Positions 58,372-64,000 of a stretch of 64,000 nt of DNA are shown here, piece by piece. The notes beneath the pieces were generated by a model. That model was not told the DNA's origin and did no database searches. It was given only the letters and a program-made list of their open reading frames with translations. Position numbers and translations under genes: made by a program. Every line of letters begins with the position of its first letter. Position 1 is the stretch's first letter. This stretch comes from an uncultured Candidatus Binatia bacterium (lineage in GTDB: Bacteria; Desulfobacterota; Binatia; UBA9968; JAJDTQ01), in contig OZ251459.1 in assembly GCA_965242525.1 (NCBI GenBank), positions 3,104,001-3,168,000 on the forward strand, written 5' to 3'.

Positions 58372-59157
58372 ATGAAGCTGGAAGGTCAGGTTGCCGTGAT
58401 CGTTGGCGGCGCCCGTGGAATCGGCGAGGCCATCGCCTGCACGTTCGCCCGTGAGGGCGCCAGAGTCGCCCTGGTGGACCTGGAAAAGGCCAAGCCGCAA
58501 CTCGACGAGGTGGTCCGGGGCGTCGCACGGCAGGGCGGCGATGCGGTGGCCATGACGGCCGACGCCGCGGACGAGTCCCATGTGAACCGGATGGTGGACC
58601 ACGTGTTGGGCCGGTGGGGAAGGCTGGACGTGCTGGTGAACAGCGTGGGCTTCCGCGGCCCCATGGTCCCGGTGCACGAGATCACCGAGGCCGAATGGGA
58701 CGCGGTCCTCGACGTCAACCTGAAGGCCGTGTTCTTCTGCTGCAAGGCCGCGCTGAAACCCATGATGCAACGGAAACGCGGCAGCATCGTGAGCATCTCC
58801 GGCACCGCGGGACGGGAGGGCATGGCGCTGCGGGGGTCCCTGTGCGCCGCCAAGTGGGGTCTCCTGGGGCTGACCCGGACCATCGCCAAGGAGGCTGGCC
58901 CCTTCGGTGTGCGGGCCAACGTCATCTGCCCGGGCGGCATGGACGAAGCGGACCTCCGGGAGATGTACCGGGACCGGGCCAAGGGGCTGGGGGTGTCGTT
59001 CGAGGAACTGGAGAAGAGCGTCCTGCAGCAGACCCCGCTGCGGAAGTACGCCCAACACGAGGAAGTGGCCAATGCGGCCCTGTTCCTCGCCTCCGACGAC
59101 TCGTCCCACACCACCGGCGAGGCGTTGAACGTGTCCGGCGGCCGGTTGATGCACTGA
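58372..59157 (+). CDS. Short-chain dehydrogenase/reductase, atypical active site
   Basis: VGGARGIG, LDVLVNS, ISG; LCAAK replaces YxxxK; GGAGG RBS. Confidence 0.88.
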   Translation: MKLEGQVAVIVGGARGIGEAIACTFAREGARVALVDLEKAKPQLDEVVRGVARQGGDAVAMTADAADESHVNRMVDHVLGRWGRLDVLVNSVGFRGPMVPVHEITEAEWDAVLDVNLKAVFFCCKAALKPMMQRKRGSIVSISGTAGREGMALRGSLCAAKWGLLGLTRTIAKEAGPFGVRANVICPGGMDEADLREMYRDRAKGLGVSFEELEKSVLQQTPLRKYAQHEEVANAALFLASDDSSHTTGEALNVSGGRLMH

Positions 59158-59182
59158 ACGGTTTTGCTCCGGGAATGAGCGT

Positions 59183-59294
59183 TCCCCGTTCATCCCGATC
59201 GTAGTGAAGCGGAGTCCCTCCGTTCGTCCCGAGCGTAGCAGAGCGAAGCCCCCCGTTCATCCTGAGCGTAGCGGAGCGAAGTCGAAGGACGCGC
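59183..59294 (+). repeat. REP-like family A cluster (three units)
   Basis: Lies between the convergent SDR and AKR genes; followed by GATCGTTCAGGGGTTCC MITE-type ends. Confidence 0.78.
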
Positions 59295-59343
59295 TCTTCC
59301 TCCGGAATCGTTCAGAGGGTCCCTATGATCGTTCAGGGGTTCC

Positions 59344-60324
59344 CTACACGTTGACCCGCTTCATGTCCCGGGTGCGGTCGCCGGCCGCGGCGCCGTAGGG
59401 GAGGATGGCGTCCAGGCGGCGCAGGTCCGCGTCGGTGAGATCCACGTCCACGGCCTCGACGTTCTCCTCCAGGTGGACGCGGCTCTTGTTGCTGGGGATG
59501 GGGACGATGTCCGGTCCCTGGGCCATGAGCCACGCCAGCGAGAGCTGGGCGGCGGTGACGCCCTTGTCCCTGGCGACGGCTTCCACCTTGGCCAGCAGCT
59601 CCAGGTTCCGTTCCATGTTGCCCGGCTGGAAGCGGGGCTGGCTGCGCCGGTTGTCGCCTTGGGAAAGCTCGTCCAGGCCGCGGACCGCGCCGGCAAAGAA
59701 GCCCCGGCCCAGGGGCGAATAGGCCATCAGCCCCATGCCGAACTCGCGGCAGGCATCGATGTTGCCCTGCTCGGGGTCCCGGGACCACAATGAGTACTCG
59801 ATCTGGAGGGACACGATGGGATGGACCTTCCAGGCCCGGCGGATGGACCCGGCGCTGGCCTCGGAAAGGCCGATGTAGCGGGTCTTCCCCTGCTCCACGA
59901 GCCGGGCCATGCCGCCCACCGACTCCTCCACCGGCACCGCGGGATCGATGCGCGACATGCAGAAGACGTCCAGGCATTCGATGCCCAGCCGCCGGAGGCT
60001 CTCCTCGCAGGTGCGGGTCAGGTACTCGGGGGAGCTGCCGCCGTCGAGCCCGGTCCCGTCCGCGGCCCGCGGGCTGCCGGACTTGGAGTGGATCACCACT
60101 TGGCGGCGCCTGCCCCGGATGGCCTTGCCGATGAGCTCGTGGTTGTGTCCGTTGCCGTAGCTTGCGGAGGTGTCGAGGAAGTTGATCCCCAACTCGAAGG
60201 CACGGTGCAGGGTGGCGATGGACTCGGCGTCGTCTCCCGCCCCGTACGCCCCCGACATGCTGTAGCAGCCGAGCCCCATGGGGGACACCTCGTAGTCCGT
60301 GCATCCGAACCGGCGGTATTCCAT
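59344..60324 (-). CDS. Aldo/keto reductase
   Basis: MGLGC, DTSASYG, GKTRYIGLSE, QIEYSL, AYSPLGRG, LEENV. Confidence 0.92.
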   Translation of the reverse strand: MEYRRFGCTDYEVSPMGLGCYSMSGAYGAGDDAESIATLHRAFELGINFLDTSASYGNGHNHELIGKAIRGRRRQVVIHSKSGSPRAADGTGLDGGSSPEYLTRTCEESLRRLGIECLDVFCMSRIDPAVPVEESVGGMARLVEQGKTRYIGLSEASAGSIRRAWKVHPIVSLQIEYSLWSRDPEQGNIDACREFGMGLMAYSPLGRGFFAGAVRGLDELSQGDNRRSQPRFQPGNMERNLELLAKVEAVARDKGVTAAQLSLAWLMAQGPDIVPIPSNKSRVHLEENVEAVDVDLTDADLRRLDAILPYGAAAGDRTRDMKRVNV

Positions 60325-60353
60325 GATGTTCCTCCTGTGGAAACCCTGAACGA

Positions 60354-61910
60354 TCACCGGAGGACTTGCTCCGGATCTTCCACCACCAGGAACTGGCCCA
60401 TCATCCCGTTGTCTTCGTGTTCCATGATGTGGCAGTGGTACATGTAGGGAATTCGAGGGTCGGCGTACCGCTCGAAGGGCATGATGATCCGAACCACTTC
60501 ATCGGGAAGCGCCAGGACCGTGTCTTTCCAGCCGAGTTCGGCCCCGGTGGGCGGCTGGCCGTTGTGGTCGAGGATCTGGAACTGGACCAGGTGGACGTGG
60601 AAAGGGTGGGCCTGGCCGCCGCGGTTGACCACTTCCCAAACCTCGATGTCCCCCAGTCGCACGACCTCGTCGATCCTCGCCATGTCCATTACCTTGCCGT
60701 TGATGGGCGGCCCCCCGCGGCCGTCTCCCTGCACGGGCCCTCCCAACACCATCGGACGGACTCTGGCGGCGTCTCCGGCGTCCATGCGGGAGATGGTGTT
60801 GAGTCGCTTCGGCAGCGCGTGGGACGCGCGGGTTGCCGGCCGGGGAACGACCTTCAACAGTTGCAGGTTCCCGGTGCCGACCCCCCCGAAGAACGCCTCG
60901 ATGGTCTCCGGCAGTCCGGCCTCCGGGTAGCTTTGCAACACCGCCTCGGCGCCGTCACTGAAGTCCACCAGTATCTCGGCCCGCTCGCCGGGGGCGAGGA
61001 CCACGCGGTCGGTTGGAAGGGGGGTCTCGAGGAACCCGCCGTCCGTGGCGATCTGGTGGAACACGCGATCGTCGTCGAAGCCGATGTAGTAGATCCGCGC
61101 GTTGGAGCCGTTCAGCAGCCGGAACCGAATGCGGCGCGACTCGACCCGGAGGAACGGACTCCAGGTCCCGTTGACAAGCATGGTGTCGCCGTAAACGGCG
61201 CCCTGATTGATGGCGAAGCGAAACGCGCCGTCGTCGTCGAACAGCCGGTCCTGGATCACGAGCGGAACGTCGTCAACGCCGTAGGTCTTCGGCAGGTCCA
61301 GGGCGTCGCTGTTGTCGTCGTCGATCCACAGGAAGCCGGCGACCCCCTTGTAGGCGTGCCGCCCCGTGGCGCCGTGCGGATGCGGGTGGTACCACAGCGG
61401 AGCGGCCTGTTGATGGACCCGGAAGCTGGCGGTCCACGATCCTCCGGGCTCGATCCCCTGGTGCGGGGTGCCGTCCATGCGGGCGGGAACGTGCATCCCG
61501 TGCCAGTGCATGGTCGTCGTTTCGTCCAGCTCGTTCCGGACCACCAGATCCACGTCTTCGCCCCGACGCAGACGCAGTGTCGGCCCCAGGAACGGACCGT
61601 TCACGCCCGCGGTGGGCGTCCGTTTGCCCGGCAGGAACTCCCGGCTCCCTTTTGCAACGGTCAGGTGGAACTGCCGACGTCCGTCCACGACGGTTCCGAA
61701 CGACTGGTCGGGAATCAGCAACTCGTTCTCAAAGGTCAACCCGCCGTTCGTGACCCGGACGAACAGCAGCCAGTAGCAGACCCCGACCGACAACAGTACG
61801 ATCAGCAACAGTCCCGTCACGGCCTGCTTCAGCCGCCGGGGCCGGATCGCCCGGAACCACCCTTCGGCCTTCCGCCGAGCCGCGCTCCAAGGCGTCGCAC
61901 CCGTGGACAT
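60354..61910 (-). CDS. Multicopper oxidase (CueO-like) with N-terminal TM segment
   Basis: HWHG, WYHPH, HPFHVH, HCHIMEHEDNGMM copper motifs. Confidence 0.93.
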   Translation of the reverse strand: MSTGATPWSAARRKAEGWFRAIRPRRLKQAVTGLLLIVLLSVGVCYWLLFVRVTNGGLTFENELLIPDQSFGTVVDGRRQFHLTVAKGSREFLPGKRTPTAGVNGPFLGPTLRLRRGEDVDLVVRNELDETTTMHWHGMHVPARMDGTPHQGIEPGGSWTASFRVHQQAAPLWYHPHPHGATGRHAYKGVAGFLWIDDDNSDALDLPKTYGVDDVPLVIQDRLFDDDGAFRFAINQGAVYGDTMLVNGTWSPFLRVESRRIRFRLLNGSNARIYYIGFDDDRVFHQIATDGGFLETPLPTDRVVLAPGERAEILVDFSDGAEAVLQSYPEAGLPETIEAFFGGVGTGNLQLLKVVPRPATRASHALPKRLNTISRMDAGDAARVRPMVLGGPVQGDGRGGPPINGKVMDMARIDEVVRLGDIEVWEVVNRGGQAHPFHVHLVQFQILDHNGQPPTGAELGWKDTVLALPDEVVRIIMPFERYADPRIPYMYHCHIMEHEDNGMMGQFLVVEDPEQVLR

Positions 61911-61937
61911 GCTTACTCCTCGGAAATTCCGTTCTCA

Positions 61938-62193
61938 GGAAACTCTGAACAGTTCCGGCTTGAACTCCATCTCCTGTGGAAAAGCGCGTCCTTCGACTTC
62001 GCTTCGCTACGCTCAGGACGAACGGGGGTAATTGTTGATCGTTCAGAGTTTCCCTTGTTGGACGACAGAGGGTTCCCAAGAGGAAACGGACACATCTCGC
62101 TAGCCATAGTCCCGTTACGGTCACTGGTCGAAGGAAACTCTGAACAACGATCCCGTTCGTCCTGAGCGTAGCGAAGCGAAGTCGAAGGACGCG
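61938..62193. mobile_element. MITE-like element (61938-62053) plus a second partial element, both with REP family A
   Basis: GGAAACTCTGAACAG ... ATCGTTCAGAGTTTCC; a second GGAAACTCTGAAC at 62133 is followed by a REP. Confidence 0.7.
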
Positions 62194-62249
62194 CTCGAGG
62201 TCCTGAGTTCGTCCTCACGACCCTTTCACGAGGGAGACTCCGTGTCCCG

Positions 62250-63251
62250 TTACGTCCGGCAGGCCGCCAACTCGGCGTAGTTGTGGAGGCCGAGGGCGCG
62301 TTCGCCCGATTCCAGCTCGCCCATCATGGCCAGCAGCTTGTCGCACAGCGGCGTGGACAGGCCCAGCCGGGCGCTCTCGCGCACCACGTGGCCCAGCGTG
62401 AACTCCACCTCCAGCTTGTCCCCGGCCAGCAGTTGCCGCAGCGGACCCTTGCGGTCGTCGGGCTTCCACGACGCGGCGTAGGCGTTCAGGATCGCCAGGC
62501 GCGCGTCCAGGGGCTTGTCGGGGTGGAGCTCCGGCGGGTCGTACTCCGCCAACGGGACGAACCGGGCGCCCGCGGCCCTGCCCACGGCCACCGCCTCGCC
62601 CAGGAAGTCCGCCAGGAGCCGCCGGTCTTCGGGGCCGGCGCAACTCTCGGTCATGGCCGCGTCCGCCAGCGAGCCGTAGTAGCCGAAGCAGGTGTAGGTG
62701 AGCTTGCTCCAGAGCACTCCGAGGATGTTGTCCGACACCTCGCTCGGGATCACCGCGTCCAGCATGGCGTTGAGGTCCGCGAGCCCGGCCGTGGCGCGGC
62801 CGTGGGAATGGCCGACGTACAGGTGCCCCCGCACCGCGGTGTGCAGGCGTCCCGGGGCCACGCGCCGGCTGCCCATGCGAATGGCCACCCCCACCACCCG
62901 ATCCGGGGCCAGAGCCTCTTCCAGCAGCGGCAGGTTGATGCCGTTCTGGAGCGACACCGCGAGACCGTCCTCCGTCAAGCGCGGCAGCACCGCGGCCAGC
63001 GCGTCCCGGGTGTAGTTGCAGCGCACCGCGATGAAGGCCGCGTCGTACGTCCCCCGGACCTCCTCGGGGAACGCCACCGGGACCCTCACGCGGAACGGGC
63101 CATCGGGCGCGTCCACCTGGAGGCCATGCTCCCGGATGGCGGCCACGTGCTCCCGGTCCACGTCCACCAGGGTGACGTCCCGCCCGGCCCGGGCCAGCCG
63201 TCCGCCGATGATGCCCCCGATGGGGCCGGCGCCCATGACGATCAAGCGCAT
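62250..63251 (-). CDS. Ketopantoate-reductase (PanE/ApbA) family oxidoreductase
   Basis: MGAGPIGG, SLQNG, LWSKL, KLEVE. Confidence 0.82.
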   Translation of the reverse strand: MRLIVMGAGPIGGIIGGRLARAGRDVTLVDVDREHVAAIREHGLQVDAPDGPFRVRVPVAFPEEVRGTYDAAFIAVRCNYTRDALAAVLPRLTEDGLAVSLQNGINLPLLEEALAPDRVVGVAIRMGSRRVAPGRLHTAVRGHLYVGHSHGRATAGLADLNAMLDAVIPSEVSDNILGVLWSKLTYTCFGYYGSLADAAMTESCAGPEDRRLLADFLGEAVAVGRAAGARFVPLAEYDPPELHPDKPLDARLAILNAYAASWKPDDRKGPLRQLLAGDKLEVEFTLGHVVRESARLGLSTPLCDKLLAMMGELESGERALGLHNYAELAACRT

Positions 63252-63387
63252 GGAGGCAACCTCCAGAGGCTCCCCGCCGCCGCTCCCTGCTCACTGGTCA
63301 GGCGCATCCCCCTGGCCATTGTCCCATTACGGTCACTGGTTGGAGGAACCTCCGAACCACACTCTGAAGGACACCCGTGAACCACGG

Positions 63388-63493
63388 TCCCCGTTCCTCC
63401 TGGGCGCAGCGAAATCGAACATCCTCGTTCGTCCCGAGCGCAGCGAAATTTCCCGTTCGTCCTGAGCGTAGCGAAGCGAAGTCGAAGGACGCG
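63388..63493 (+). repeat. REP-like family A cluster (three units)
   Basis: Two degenerate copies and one full copy. Confidence 0.78.
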
Positions 63494-63530
63494 CGTGCCC
63501 ATGGAGAGAAGGAACGCGAACCGGAACGAA

Positions 63531-64000
63531 TCAGGCGTTCCCGAAGTAGATGACGCCCTTGACGATCTCGTACCGGGCCATGGCTTGCAGCGCCTCGTTG
63601 ACCTGCTCCAGCTTGTACTCGGCGCTGATCATCTCCTCGAACGGGAACGTGTCCTTGCGCGAGGAGAGGAAATCGACGGCCTGGAGCCAGTGCCGGGGCT
63701 CGCCGGAGCGGATGGTGTGCAGGACCATTTCCTGGGGCAGGTCCTGGACCCCGACCGCGGCCTTGCCGCCGGCGCCGATGTTGACGAAGCGCCCGCCCCC
63801 GCGCAGCAGCGTGAGGCCCTCGGGCACCGCCATGTTGTTGGCCACCTGCACCACCACGTCGCCGCCGCGCCCGTCGGTGTGGTCCCGCACCCACTGGCGG
63901 CGGTCCCCGGGGTCGGTGACCTCCTCCAGGTTCAGCACCGCGTCCGCGCCCATGCGCTTGCTCACCTCCAGCCGCGCGGCCGGCGCGCCGATGACCAGCA
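63531..64000 (-). CDS. Zinc-type alcohol dehydrogenase (MDR family), C-terminal part, truncated by the window edge
   Basis: MGADAVLN, TDGRGGDVV, GGRFVNIG, YKLEQVNEAL. Confidence 0.8.
   Translation of the reverse strand, partial: LVIGAPAARLEVSKRMGADAVLNLEEVTDPGDRRQWVRDHTDGRGGDVVVQVANNMAVPEGLTLLRGGGRFVNIGAGGKAAVGVQDLPQEMVLHTIRSGEPRHWLQAVDFLSSRKDTFPFEEMISAEYKLEQVNEALQAMARYEIVKGVIYFGNA

Noticed and set aside
61913-62218. Short ORFs containing STSLRYAQDER or FVLSVAKRSRRT peptides
   Set aside because: These are translations of the REP repeat, not genes

Overview
High-GC bacterial chromosomal segment, probably origin-proximal: it carries mnmE-mnmG-rsmG with a 15/16 parS match over the mnmG start. 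Housekeeping genes (DAHP synthase, MoxR/VWA operon, mltG, thiD, plsY) are interleaved with dense defence cargo. This cargo includes an Xre-ImmA/IrrE + PIN pair, a type I R-M operon (hsdR-hsdS-hsdM) whose intergenic gaps hold toxin-antitoxin cassettes and a duplicated micro-gene, a type III R-M pair and a further VapBC. The most notable element is a visibly lower-GC five-gene operon at 28259-35472, preceded by IS scars. It encodes a double-SIS+HAD fusion, a PRTase-like protein, a STAND/ORC-CDC6-like ATPase, a tandem Rossmann (possibly CARF-like) protein and a PfkB kinase with two CxxC motifs; it is my best candidate for an uncharacterised nucleotide/sugar-phosphate-based conflict system. The right third holds catabolic genes. 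Intergenic DNA is rich in a ~43-bp REP-like palindrome, often packaged inside 110-140 bp MITEs with terminal inverted repeats; two of these have perfect 4-bp target duplications. I saw no tRNA, rRNA, CRISPR array, integrase or intact transposase. All calls come from reading motifs by eye; no database searches were run, and GC differences are visual estimates.
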